Shown: positions 53,766-63,623 of the stretch, one piece after another | How positions within the stretch are numbered: the first letter of the stretch is position 1 | Layout: each line of letters opens with the position of its first letter | Source: Obrimoposthia wandeli | Taxonomy: Eukaryota | Length of the DNA stretch: 64,000 bases | Assembly (NCBI GenBank): GCA_977020255.1 | Contig: CDROCS010000084.1 | Span: 1 to 64,000, forward strand | Direction of reading: 5' to 3' | Notes under the pieces: model-generated | Told to the model about the DNA's origin: nothing | What the model saw: only the letters and a program-made list of their open reading frames with translations | Databases searched by the model: none | Translations under genes and position numbers: made by a program

Positions 53766-54404
53766 ATGAAAATAGCAATTGTTGGCGCAGCGGGTTGGAT
53801 AGGTTCGCACATTACACAAGAAGCACTGAGTAGAGGTCATCAAGTAACAGCGTTAGTACGTGACCCAAGTAAGGTAACTAATAGCCAAGTTACGGCGAAA
53901 AAATTTGATGTAACTGATAAAACAAACTCATTAGTAACAGCCGTAGCAGGGTGCGATGTGGTGATCTCTTCGATATCTGGGCGCCATGATGGGGACCAAA
54001 GCATCTATGCTAAAGCTGCACAGCGTTATTTAAAGCAGCTGCCTGAAACACCGGTAAAAAGGTTATTGTGGGTTGGGGGTGCCGGTAGTTTAGAAGTTGC
54101 ACCAGGGATAGCGTTGATTTCAACGCCCGAGTTTCCAAATGAATATAAAGCAGAAGCGACCGGTATGGGGGAGGCGCTTAAGGTATTTCAAGCCAGTACT
54201 AGTAAACTTAATTGGCTATTTATTTCCCCAGCAGCTGAAATATTCCCAGGTGACAAGTTAGAGAAATATCGTATTACAAAGGATCAACTACTGGTAGATT
54301 CAGCAGGGAACAGCAGAATTTCGGTGGCAGACTATGCAATGGCTTTAATCGATGAACTCGAATCTGAGACGTACCTTAATCAACGCATTGGTGTTGCTTA
54401 TTAG
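53766..54404 (+). CDS. NAD(P)-dependent oxidoreductase (atypical SDR, YwnB-like)
   Basis: GAAGWIG, VGGAGSL, SRISVADYA. Confidence 0.92.
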   Translation: MKIAIVGAAGWIGSHITQEALSRGHQVTALVRDPSKVTNSQVTAKKFDVTDKTNSLVTAVAGCDVVISSISGRHDGDQSIYAKAAQRYLKQLPETPVKRLLWVGGAGSLEVAPGIALISTPEFPNEYKAEATGMGEALKVFQASTSKLNWLFISPAAEIFPGDKLEKYRITKDQLLVDSAGNSRISVADYAMALIDELESETYLNQRIGVAY

Positions 54405-54534
54405 TTTTGGATGCGCTGCTGCACAGTTAGTGCTGCAGCGCTGTATAAAGCTTTTAATAGTCTCGAAACACAAGAAGTTATCAGTTTAATTGATTGATAA
54501 GTAATCATATTAATTTTAAAAAGCACTTAAAAAG

Positions 54535-55056
54535 ATGAAAAAAATTTGTGTCACGACAGTCGGCTTACCTTTAAACAGTGAGATTTTCAAGAAAGTGGCA
54601 CTTGCTAACTATGTAGATGCCTATCAAATTAACATTGACTATAAAGAGCGTTCGGCGCTACAACTGTGGATAGCGCATATCTGCGATACACCCAGATGGA
54701 TAAATGTATTAATGGCAGCCCGTAACAAAATAGTATCGTTAGTCGGGCTAAAAAACTTAGGTGCGCTAGCTGCGATTGATCATAAAAAGCCCGCTGATAG
54801 TTATTGTGTTGGCGATAGAATAGGTATATTCACACTCAGCTTTATGTCTGAAACAGAAGTGGTGTTAACGATCGTTGATAAACATCTGGATGTGCATGTT
54901 TCATTACATAAAAACACCCAAGCAAGTAACCAAATAGGGGATATCACCGTTTCCTCTGTGGTTGAGATTCATAATCGCTTAGGTAAGATCTATATGTTTT
55001 TTATCAAACCTATACATCGTTTCATTGTTCCACACAGATTGGCGCAATTTGGTTAA
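54535..55056 (+). CDS. DUF2867-like protein
   Basis: YVDAY, LMAARNKIV..VGL, DKHLD, HNRLGKIYM..IKPIH. Confidence 0.8.
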   Translation: MKKICVTTVGLPLNSEIFKKVALANYVDAYQINIDYKERSALQLWIAHICDTPRWINVLMAARNKIVSLVGLKNLGALAAIDHKKPADSYCVGDRIGIFTLSFMSETEVVLTIVDKHLDVHVSLHKNTQASNQIGDITVSSVVEIHNRLGKIYMFFIKPIHRFIVPHRLAQFG

Positions 55057-55088
55057 TATAGCTTGTCTCGGCATCAAATAAACTGATT

Positions 55089-55634
55089 TCAACATCGACC
55101 GCAATTGCCGGATTTAGCGTTATATTCCACAATATTACCTTGAGTATCCAGAGCAAAATCGCAGCAACTGTTAAATAAGCGATAGAGTTTATTTCTGCTT
55201 ATTTTAACCCTTGATTTTAAAGTGGAGTAGTTCACTTGGTTAGTTTCAGCAAACTTCTTTTGGGAAATGCCTTCTATCTCGATAGCAATTAATAACTGCG
55301 CATCCTCTTCAGGCAGCTGATTAATAAACGGTAAAAGGCATTTTGATAGATCTTTAATAATGTTCTCTTGATCTTGTCCGTCGTACCACAAATCATTCAT
55401 TGTGAGATCTTTTCGTTTATGGTTTTGGCGGTAGAAGTCAATAATGGTGTTATTTGCGATCTGGAAAATCCACGATTTAATTTTGCTACTGTCGGTAACT
55501 GTTTGAAGGCTCTTATGAGTTTTAATTAATATCTCTTGAAGAAGGTCTTCAACATCTTCTGTATTGGTAATTTTACTATGTAAAAAAGCTTTCAAACTAG
55601 TTTGATATTCTGCCCAGATAGATTCCAATTTCAT
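55089..55634 (-). CDS. sigZ: ECF RNA polymerase sigma factor SigZ-like
   Basis: EDLLQEILIK, STLKSRV, C-terminal CCDF...CGRC. Confidence 0.85.
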   Translation of the reverse strand: MKLESIWAEYQTSLKAFLHSKITNTEDVEDLLQEILIKTHKSLQTVTDSSKIKSWIFQIANNTIIDFYRQNHKRKDLTMNDLWYDGQDQENIIKDLSKCLLPFINQLPEEDAQLLIAIEIEGISQKKFAETNQVNYSTLKSRVKISRNKLYRLFNSCCDFALDTQGNIVEYNAKSGNCGRC

Positions 55635-55825
55635 GTAGCTAACCCGATGTTGATAATATAAAACATAGCTTATCTTCGATTCCTTGGCTTGTCTTACTTT
55701 ATTTGTTGAGGAACTACGCAGCCAGTTGCAATATCTTTAACTTCTTTAGACTTGCATCTATGCATAAATGAAACCGGAGTTTTCTCATTACTAATTCTAA
55801 AAAACTCCAGTTTCATAGATACTTG

Positions 55826-56521
55826 TTAACTACAGCAACCAGATGACGACCCTGAGTAATTGTCTGTACCACCTGTTACTAAGCTTCCAAGATAGGTGTT
55901 TTCTAAGTAAAACTGACTGAATGTACGGACAAAGTCAATTGACACAGTTTGATCTGTAAGGCTTGATTTCACTAGTGCAAGTTGCCATTTCTTCATTTTA
56001 GGATAATCATTTAGCATATCAAAGCCTGATAGATCATTTATTATTGCCGCTCGATGTAGCAATGGCAGCCATGCAATATCAACATTAGAAATATAATTCC
56101 CTTTAAAAAATGCTGTTTCACCCAGCTTACTTTCTGCTTTTTTAAACGCTTTTGATAAGTTGGCCAAACGCGCTTCAAACGTCTCTTTATCCTGACTTCC
56201 CATCGTTCCACATTGGGGCATGTAGTGTTTACTTGCTTGATATGACCAGGCACGATCTAATGCTTTTTGCTCTGGTGAGATATTTTCAATGGGCAAATAT
56301 TTATCATCTAAGTATTCCACAATAGCATCTGATTCGAACAATACGGTTTCGGTCTCAGTAATTAATACCGGAACTTGGCCATTGGGAGAAATATCTATAA
56401 ACCACTGCGGCTTATTGCTCAATTCAATATATTCGATCTCAAAGGGTACTTTTTTCATCACAAGAGTCCCCATTACGCGTTGTACGAATGGGCAGTTTTT
56501 AAAGCTAATCAATTTAATCAT
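55826..56521 (-). CDS. Glutathione S-transferase (CPF active site)
   Basis: SFKNCPFVQR, SPNGQVPVL, FESDAI; C-terminal GCCS. Confidence 0.92.
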   Translation of the reverse strand: MIKLISFKNCPFVQRVMGTLVMKKVPFEIEYIELSNKPQWFIDISPNGQVPVLITETETVLFESDAIVEYLDDKYLPIENISPEQKALDRAWSYQASKHYMPQCGTMGSQDKETFEARLANLSKAFKKAESKLGETAFFKGNYISNVDIAWLPLLHRAAIINDLSGFDMLNDYPKMKKWQLALVKSSLTDQTVSIDFVRTFSQFYLENTYLGSLVTGGTDNYSGSSSGCCS

Positions 56522-56976
56522 TTTTTCACCAAATAGGAGTAATATTTTCTACTTACATCTATAAGACGAACGAAGATGATAAAAGACGAAAGTTTTCTAT
56601 ATAGGCTTCGAATCAGCTTAAATTTTTCCAATTGAGTTCAAATGTTTGATTTGGAAAGTACCCGAGCAATGCAGCAGTATTTGGCTGTAATTAATAAAAA
56701 ATTACATTGTTATCGATAGAGTCGCCAATGCTTGTATAAAATATAATCACAAATGACTAAGTGACATTTTTAAAGAGGGTTGTTATCCCCTTCATGGCGA
56801 ATTTTACTTGCTTTGATGTAAACTTCATTATCATTTTAGCGTTTTAACAGGCAAACTTTATGGCATTGAGACAGCTGAAGGCTTAACAAGAAAAATGTTA
56901 GTTAACAGCTGTACATTTAAACTCTCTATCGTTCGTTCCAACAAACGGGCAGCGATATGCTAAAGGAAAACTTTGT

Positions 56977-57558
56977 ATGGCAATTAAGATGGCTAAGGGG
57001 TCGTTGTTCGCACTGCTATTGCGCTCTTCGTGGTGGTATAGCGTATTAATCGGCTTGTTCGTTCTAGCGGTCAGTTTGCTTGTTACAGAAGCTGAATACA
57101 TAATTCTTAGCATTACCGGTGCACTACCATTTCTGGGAATAGGTGGGTATGCTTTTTATAAGCAGTTTCAGCAACCTTCAGCTAAGCGAGTTCTAAAAAT
57201 TACTGAGCAAGCGAAAAATATGCCAGCTGGGGTTATTGCTCAAAAAATAGCGGCTAACTATATAAAAAGTAGCTATGAATCTAGTACGTTTAAAGGTAAT
57301 GGCGCTGATTTGGAGTTAACTCGCGGTAGCCGTAAATTATTGTTATGTTGCAAGCGATTTAAAGCGGCTAATACAGGAATGGAACCTTTGAAATTATTAG
57401 TAGCTGCAGGTGAAAAAGCTGAAGCCATGGGATATTTGTACGTAACGCTGGGTGAAGTCTCAACCTCTGCTCGCAATTATGCTCAAAAGAATAATATTGA
57501 ACTAATTCAAGCTGGCAGACTCGCAGAACTGTTTGATGGTAAGGCGAAGATAGACTGA
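56977..57558 (+). CDS. Membrane-anchored Mrr-like restriction endonuclease-domain protein
   Basis: 2 N-terminal TM; GADL...LLCCKRFK...TLGEVSTSARNYA...IELI..GRL resembles Mrr_cat. Confidence 0.7.
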   Translation: MAIKMAKGSLFALLLRSSWWYSVLIGLFVLAVSLLVTEAEYIILSITGALPFLGIGGYAFYKQFQQPSAKRVLKITEQAKNMPAGVIAQKIAANYIKSSYESSTFKGNGADLELTRGSRKLLLCCKRFKAANTGMEPLKLLVAAGEKAEAMGYLYVTLGEVSTSARNYAQKNNIELIQAGRLAELFDGKAKID

Positions 57559-57668
57559 AGGAACTGTTTTTTCTATAGCTCTCTTTCTATTAGTATCTTC
57601 CAGAAGCCCCCGATGCATAAATCATAATACGCTAGGAATTATTAAGCAGGAAATAGCTAGGGATAAAT

Positions 57669-58349
57669 ATGGACGCATTGAGTGATAGGAAGATCCTCGA
57701 TTCATGGATGAAAAATGCATCTCCATGGGTGAAAACTATTCAACTTAAACAAATTGAGAGTAGGAAAGTTGTCACTGATAAAGCAATTGTTGAGGCTGTA
57801 TCATCTATTTCTGGGAGTAAGGTTCTTGACATAGGTTGTGGTGAAGGTTGGCTTGTTCGGGAATTGTCTGCGCAAGGGTTAGCTGTGACGGGTATTGATG
57901 CAATTGATGAATTAGTAAATAAGGCAAAAGAGCTTGGAGGTGGATCATATAAAGTTCTTGCATATGAACAAATGTCGGCCCGTACTCTTGATGAAAAATA
58001 TGATATAGCTGTCTGTAATTTTTCACTTTTGGGTAAAGAATCGGTAGAACATATTTTCAATGTAATCCCGTCAATATTGAGTGACGATGGTTATTTTATA
58101 ATACAAACTTTACATCCTCGTATCAGTTGTGGTGAACGCCCATATATTGATGGTTGGCGTGAAGGTTCATGGACAGGCTTTAGTAATGAGTTCAGTGACC
58201 CTGCCCCCTGGTATTTTAGAACTCTCGAATCATGGTTTAATTTGTTCCATAATAGTGGGCTTAAACTGAATCAGCTTATTGAGCCTGAAAATCCAAATAC
58301 AGGTAAAGCTGCCTCTTTGATTCTGATAGGGAGTGTGGTCACTAAATAA
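57669..58349 (+). CDS. Class I SAM-dependent methyltransferase
   Basis: VLDIGCGEGW, YDIAVCNFSL. Confidence 0.92.
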   Translation: MDALSDRKILDSWMKNASPWVKTIQLKQIESRKVVTDKAIVEAVSSISGSKVLDIGCGEGWLVRELSAQGLAVTGIDAIDELVNKAKELGGGSYKVLAYEQMSARTLDEKYDIAVCNFSLLGKESVEHIFNVIPSILSDDGYFIIQTLHPRISCGERPYIDGWREGSWTGFSNEFSDPAPWYFRTLESWFNLFHNSGLKLNQLIEPENPNTGKAASLILIGSVVTK

Positions 58350-58521
58350 GGATTTAAAGCAGCTTGTTTTTTTGATCTAAAAATTATCATTTTGTTATTA
58401 ATCATAGAGGTACGGACATTATAATTGTTCCCTTTGTGTCAATTCCAGAGTGTTTTCCAAAGTTGAGCACCAAACAACTAGTGTTCAAAAGAGAACGGTT
58501 TTCAAGTTATAAGCGCATAGC

Positions 58522-59415
58522 TTATATAGTCATTTCTAATTTTAACCACGCCATAAAAACTTTTAAACGGGCGAGTTTGAAGGAATTCGGATCATAAACC
58601 ATATAGCGTTCTACTGGGTTAGGATGGGGCAGTTCAAAGGGAATGACGAGCTCACCAGAGTCAAGTTGACGCTGACATAAATAAGGTACGGCCAGCGTAA
58701 CACCGTGTCCACTGACTACTGCGTTTAACGCCATGTCAGTGCTATTAACCTTAGTCAATTTCTTATGATGTTCATATCCAGTTTCACCATTATGACTAAA
58801 CCAGCTTTGCCAATCAAAAGCTCCTGGGGTTTCCAACGTCACCAACCAAGTGGAAAGAAGGTCCGAAGGGGAGTTGAAATTCAATTTTTTGGCTAATAAT
58901 GCAGAACATATTGGATACGCATTTGCTTCACCAAAGTACTCACAAGCGAGGCTACGCGGGGTCTTTTTTTGTACTTCAGAGCCAAAACGTATCGCCAAAT
59001 CTATATGTGCTTGTTTCAGATCTTCAAATGCAGAAGAAGAAACGACGTGAATTTGTATATCAGGATGTCGTTCACAAAAATGCTGTAATCTTGGCATAAG
59101 CCATAGGGTGCTAAAGGCTTGAGTAGAGCTAATAGTAAGTTCGCCTGCAATATCTGCTTGATGAATTTTGCTTAATCCTTGATTGATAATTTCAAGTGCT
59201 TTGCGTGCGCATTCGAACAAGGTTTCGCCCTGTTGACTCAACAACATCTGCCTGCCTTTTCGAATAAATATTCGCGTCTCTAGTGTTCGCTCTAATTGTC
59301 GCATTTGTTGGCTGACAGCGGCTTGAGATATACAAAGCTCCACCGCAGCTAAGCTATAACTCTTATGTCTTGCTGCACTTTCAAAGGTGACTAACAAATT
59401 AATATTTTTGAACAA
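58522..59415 (-). CDS. LysR family regulator (GcvA-like)
   Basis: FESAARHKSYSLAA..L..SQAAVSQQ. Confidence 0.94.
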   Translation of the reverse strand: MFKNINLLVTFESAARHKSYSLAAVELCISQAAVSQQMRQLERTLETRIFIRKGRQMLLSQQGETLFECARKALEIINQGLSKIHQADIAGELTISSTQAFSTLWLMPRLQHFCERHPDIQIHVVSSSAFEDLKQAHIDLAIRFGSEVQKKTPRSLACEYFGEANAYPICSALLAKKLNFNSPSDLLSTWLVTLETPGAFDWQSWFSHNGETGYEHHKKLTKVNSTDMALNAVVSGHGVTLAVPYLCQRQLDSGELVIPFELPHPNPVERYMVYDPNSFKLARLKVFMAWLKLEMTI

Positions 59416-59575
59416 AATGGATAAACCTTGGATGTTATTTAAAAAGTGCTATAAGCGTATCTTATATTAATAGTCGATTTATGTCGTTGGTATATTTCTT
59501 CATTTATTTGGAGAATAGCTTTCACAGAAGCGTGTAACACATAGCTACTTTCTTTCCAAATAGAGGATAAATACC

Positions 59576-60337
59576 ATGCAAGACTTTAAACAACTACACC
59601 AACAAGCAAAACCACTTCTATTAGGAAATGTTTGGGATGTAACCAGCGCAAAATGTGCACAACGGGCAGGTTATAAGGCTTTAGGCACCTCCAGTGCGGC
59701 AATCGCTAGCTTACTGGGTTATGAAGATGGTGAGCAAATGTCTTTCAGTGAATTGGTTTACATGGTTAAACGTATTATAACTTCTAGTTTGCTTCCTTTA
59801 ACTGTGGATATCGAAGCAGGGTTTAGTTTAGATCCAGCAATGATTGCCGATCAGATTCAGCAATTGGCTGAACTCGGTGTAGTCGGTATCAACATAGAAG
59901 ATAGCCGAGTAGGTGCGAGTAGAACTTTGATCCCAACTGATGAGTTTACCAATCTACTATTTGCCACTAATCTTCAATTGCGTAAGCGCCAGATAGAAGT
60001 GTTTGTTAATGTGCGCTGCGATGCGTTTTTATTAGGGGTAGACAATGCAGTTGAAGAAGCAATTAAGCGGGCGCAATTATATCAACGAGCGGGCGCTGAT
60101 GGACTATTCTTTCCTTGTATAACCGAAATTGATGATATTAAAGCTGTAGTGACGGCTACATCACTTCCGGTCAATGTTTTGTCGATGCCTGAGTTGCCAA
60201 ACTTTGAAGTATTAGCAGGCTTAGGTGTTAAACGTATTAGTATGGGTAATTTTGCTCATGAGGCCGTTTACACTGGTCTAGAACATAAATTATTCGAGAT
60301 TATAGAAACAGGAACCAGCGCACCTCTCTTCACTTAA
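59576..60337 (+). CDS. Isocitrate lyase/PEP mutase family protein
   Basis: NVWDVTSA, GTSSAA, VDIEAG, GINIEDS, GADGLF. Confidence 0.92.
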   Translation: MQDFKQLHQQAKPLLLGNVWDVTSAKCAQRAGYKALGTSSAAIASLLGYEDGEQMSFSELVYMVKRIITSSLLPLTVDIEAGFSLDPAMIADQIQQLAELGVVGINIEDSRVGASRTLIPTDEFTNLLFATNLQLRKRQIEVFVNVRCDAFLLGVDNAVEEAIKRAQLYQRAGADGLFFPCITEIDDIKAVVTATSLPVNVLSMPELPNFEVLAGLGVKRISMGNFAHEAVYTGLEHKLFEIIETGTSAPLFT

Positions 60338-60414
60338 GGTAAATGGGTATCAAGCTGTATTGCTACGTATTGATATTGTTACGTATTGAATGCGTGATAA
60401 TTTACAAATGATTT

Positions 60415-60827
60415 GTGCTGCCTATTATTTATAAAAGCGAGTCATGTAGGTATGAACATTTGGCCGATGTTTATGGAAGGGAAGATTTCGACTGCAAAGA
60501 AGTAATTTTACCGAACGGTCAATCAGGGATGCGAGTTGGATCTGGTAAAGGGGATGTTGCTGAAGGTGCTGCTGAAGTGAATGTTTGGGAGCAAAGATTA
60601 CGAACTTACTCTCAAATTAAGATCGGTGTCATATGCTTTTTCCTGAGCCCACTATAAAGGGAGTATTGAGAGATGAGCGAATGCTAGGCTCGGCAAGAGA
60701 GCAATATTACAGAGTTAACGCAGGTGTGAATTATGATCTTATAGTCAATAAAACACATTACTCGGTAATTGAATGTGCCCAGCAGGTAGTTGATCACCTA
60801 ACAAAAAATCAGTTCATGACAAACTAA
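60415..60827 (+). pseudogene. Chloramphenicol phosphotransferase-like (P-loop kinase) C-terminal fragments
   Basis: ERMLGSAREQ...VNAGVNYDLIV...SVIECAQQV; split ORFs, no N-terminal P-loop seen. Confidence 0.55.
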
Positions 60828-60974
60828 AATACTTATTTTATAAATATACCGTTAGCATTATAACTGATTAGTTAGTGCAGCTGAGGTGGCTAGTAATCGA
60901 TGGTTCCGGCTGCTTTTGGATTTTATAGCTATGTTATTTGAGGTAATTAACGGCTAAATAATGCCATTAACTTG

Positions 60975-61122
60975 ATTGCTGTCCGGTTAAAAAATGTAAG
61001 CTCTTTACTCATTGATTTGTGGCTTCCTAGCATAGTAAATTGGATTGTTTTCAGCCAAATAACACTTATGGTTAACAAAAAATCAATGAGTTATAGAACA
61101 ACAATTAAACCGGACACTAATA
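60975..61122 (+). repeat. MITE-like family A copy 5 with empty IS110 target
   Basis: ATTGCTGTCCGGTTAAAAA...AATTAAACCGGACACTAAT; right end equals the reconstructed pre-insertion site of copy 1. Confidence 0.9.
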
Positions 61123-61240
61123 CATTAACTTAAGCTAAAAGTGATATTTAAAGTACGTTTAAGGTGAGGTGGGGTATTTGAAATCTCATTTTCCGACCAT
61201 TAACTAATTAATCCAGACATTTGATTCACTTAAGTATTTA

Positions 61241-61791
61241 ACCGCATAGCGTAAATCTCGGGGGCTTGCCCCCGAGCTGGATAGCGTACAATGACGAAGT
61301 CATTGTGGGGTATTCAGCTTATGGAGTTATATCGAAATTCACACCATGTTTTCAGATTAATGTATCATTTTGTTTGGATTCCAAAGTATCGCCATAAAGT
61401 ATTTGTTGAGCCATTTAGAGCTGATCTTAAAGCAATTATCCAAAAAATTGGATATGACTACGATATAGAAATTATAGAGCTTGAAATACCAGTTGATCAT
61501 ATTCATATGGTAGTACGAAGAGATCCAAAAATAACACCATCTCATGTGATGCAAGTCATTAAAAGTATTTCGGCTCGGGAGTTTTTCCGATTACACTCCG
61601 CTATAAAAAAAAGTACTTCTGGGGAGGGAAGCTGTGGACTCAAAGTTATTTCGTGGAAACAATTGGAAATGCTAGCGAAGAAGTAATACGAAAATATGTT
61701 CAAGACCAACTATTGGTCATGAACAAAAGTGAATTAAATAGTAAGCAGCTCGGGCTGTTCTAAAAACTCGGTCGCTTGCGGCCGAGATTTT
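61241..61791 (+). mobile_element. tnpA: IS200-like copy E, near full length (tnpA 61321-61763 with 1-nt lesion)
   Basis: TTTA|ACCGCATAGCGTAAAT-CTCGGGGGCTTGCCCCCGAG left end; right hairpin CTCGGTCGCTTGCGGCCGAGATTT. Confidence 0.95.
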
Positions 61792-61796
61792 ATCTA

Positions 61797-62088
61797 TGAT
61801 TCAGCTTATGGAGTTATATCGAAATTCACACCATGTTTTCAGATTAATGTATCATTTTGTTTGGATTCCAAAGTATCACCATAAAGTATTTGTTGAGCCA
61901 TTTAGAGCGATCTAAAGCAAGGATATGACTACGATATAGAAATTATAGAGCTTGAAATACCAATCATATTCATATGGTAGTACGAACAATCCATAGCACC
62001 ATCTCATGATGCAAGTCATTAAAAGTAAAAAAAGTTATTTCGTGGAAACAATTCCAAGACCAACTATTGGTCATGAACAAAAGTGAAT
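61797..62088 (+). mobile_element. IS200-like copy F, tandem partial, deletion-riddled
   Basis: Restarts at ATTCAGCTTATGGAG; tnpA blocks; no hairpins. Confidence 0.85.
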
Positions 62089-62108
62089 TACATTTTGAAT
62101 AAAGTGGG

Positions 62109-63623
62109 TCAAGTTTGAATTAATGTAGCGGCATCTGCGTTTTTAATCATTTCATCAACACTATGGATGCTATCAGACGACAAGCTGATGCCAATACTGG
62201 CGCAAATAGAGATAAAGTTTCCATGTAATTTAAAAGGCTGTGAAAGTGATTGAATTATATTTTCAGCTGTTTTACCAGATAGTTCAGATGTGCAGTTTTC
62301 AGTAATAAGAACGATAAACTCATCACCACCAATGCGCGCCACTAAATCTTCTGTACGCGCTACTTTGCTGATTCTTTTGGCAACAATACTGAGTAATTCA
62401 TCCCCTACATGATGCCCAAACGAATCATTCACTTTTTTAAAGTGATCTAGATCTATAAATAAAATGGAAAAGTGATTCGAAGTTGAATTCCCAAGTAGAC
62501 CGTTGAGTTGGTTATAAAACATGTGGCGATTAGGTAAACCTGTCAACATATCATAGTTAGCCTGACGGTTTAGTTTTTCATTATTTTTGACTCTCTCCAT
62601 TGCTCCGCTGATCATGGCTCCCATTGCACCTAACATTTGATTCATATTAACATTTTGTGTATTAATTTTTTCGGAGGCGGCGCTGAGTATACCGACTACT
62701 TCTCCATCGACGATGATGGGAATACTCATTGAGCTTCTCATCCCCATTTTATATAGTATCTTATGTTCAGAATTTTGATGTAATGATAAGTCAGGGGAAA
62801 AAACAGGCTGCTTCTTGATTAATATGCGTTCCAGTTCTGAGCCGCTCGCACTGAACAATTGAAGATCTTTCTTTATTTTTCCAGAGAGTACTTTTACCGA
62901 AAATAAATCACCTTCAGCTTGATACTGGGCATAACTCACACGTTGCGACGGCATTATGTTTTGTACAGTTTCCTCACAGATCTGCATTATTTCAGGTACA
63001 GATTTAACAACAGCTAATTGTTGAGCCAATTGATTTAAATTTTCTAGCTGAGATGCATAGGAACGATACTTATCTAATGCTTGTTGTCGCTCCTGAAGTA
63101 GCATATGGTGTTCTAGGCATTTAGAGACCAAGCGGGCAGTTAGCTCTAGTAGTGCAAGTGATTTATCATTAAAACCGAAAGGGTTTTCAGTAGCAGTGTT
63201 AATGGCACCAATAGATTGGCCATTTATAATAATAGGGGCGTTTAAAATGCAATGCATACCCTCGTTATATAATTTCTTGCCATCGAGAGTCTCTGTATGA
63301 GCGTCAATAATATGGTTCTGACCAACTTGTTGAAGCACCGCCCAGCCCGTATAAGTGTTATCCAGTGGTAACTGTTTCCCAGCAGACAACACTCCTTCGC
63401 AGCCATGCAAGGAAAAGATTTCCAACATGTTTTCCTCAATATTTAGTAGAGTAACACTGGCTCGATCATTGGGGATTAAGTGATTGAGATTCTGTGCGAG
63501 TATCGCATACACCATTTGTTCAGATGAAGCGCTGATCACTTCACTAATAAAATGTCCCAAAGCAATAGAACTTTGCTCATCAAAGGCTGCATATTTAGGT
63601 TGATTCATTTGAGTCCTGCGCAA
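62109..63623 (-). CDS. GAF-GAF-GGDEF protein, probably C-terminally truncated
   Basis: Two GAF domains, YDMLTGLPNR, GGDEF; ends ADAA-TLIQT instead of the usual ADAAMY.AK. Confidence 0.85.
   Translation of the reverse strand: MRRTQMNQPKYAAFDEQSSIALGHFISEVISASSEQMVYAILAQNLNHLIPNDRASVTLLNIEENMLEIFSLHGCEGVLSAGKQLPLDNTYTGWAVLQQVGQNHIIDAHTETLDGKKLYNEGMHCILNAPIIINGQSIGAINTATENPFGFNDKSLALLELTARLVSKCLEHHMLLQERQQALDKYRSYASQLENLNQLAQQLAVVKSVPEIMQICEETVQNIMPSQRVSYAQYQAEGDLFSVKVLSGKIKKDLQLFSASGSELERILIKKQPVFSPDLSLHQNSEHKILYKMGMRSSMSIPIIVDGEVVGILSAASEKINTQNVNMNQMLGAMGAMISGAMERVKNNEKLNRQANYDMLTGLPNRHMFYNQLNGLLGNSTSNHFSILFIDLDHFKKVNDSFGHHVGDELLSIVAKRISKVARTEDLVARIGGDEFIVLITENCTSELSGKTAENIIQSLSQPFKLHGNFISICASIGISLSSDSIHSVDEMIKNADAATLIQT

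Noticed and set aside
1732-61122. Family A repeats as integron attC sites
   Set aside because: They lack GTTRRRY/RYYYAAC ends, are not systematically 3' of cassette ORFs, occur in both orientations, and no intI is present.
624-63439. Short antisense or overlapping ORFs in the track (e.g. 5939, 9930, 14187, 20158, 38056, 47231)
   Set aside because: Shadow ORFs of well-supported genes on another strand or frame.
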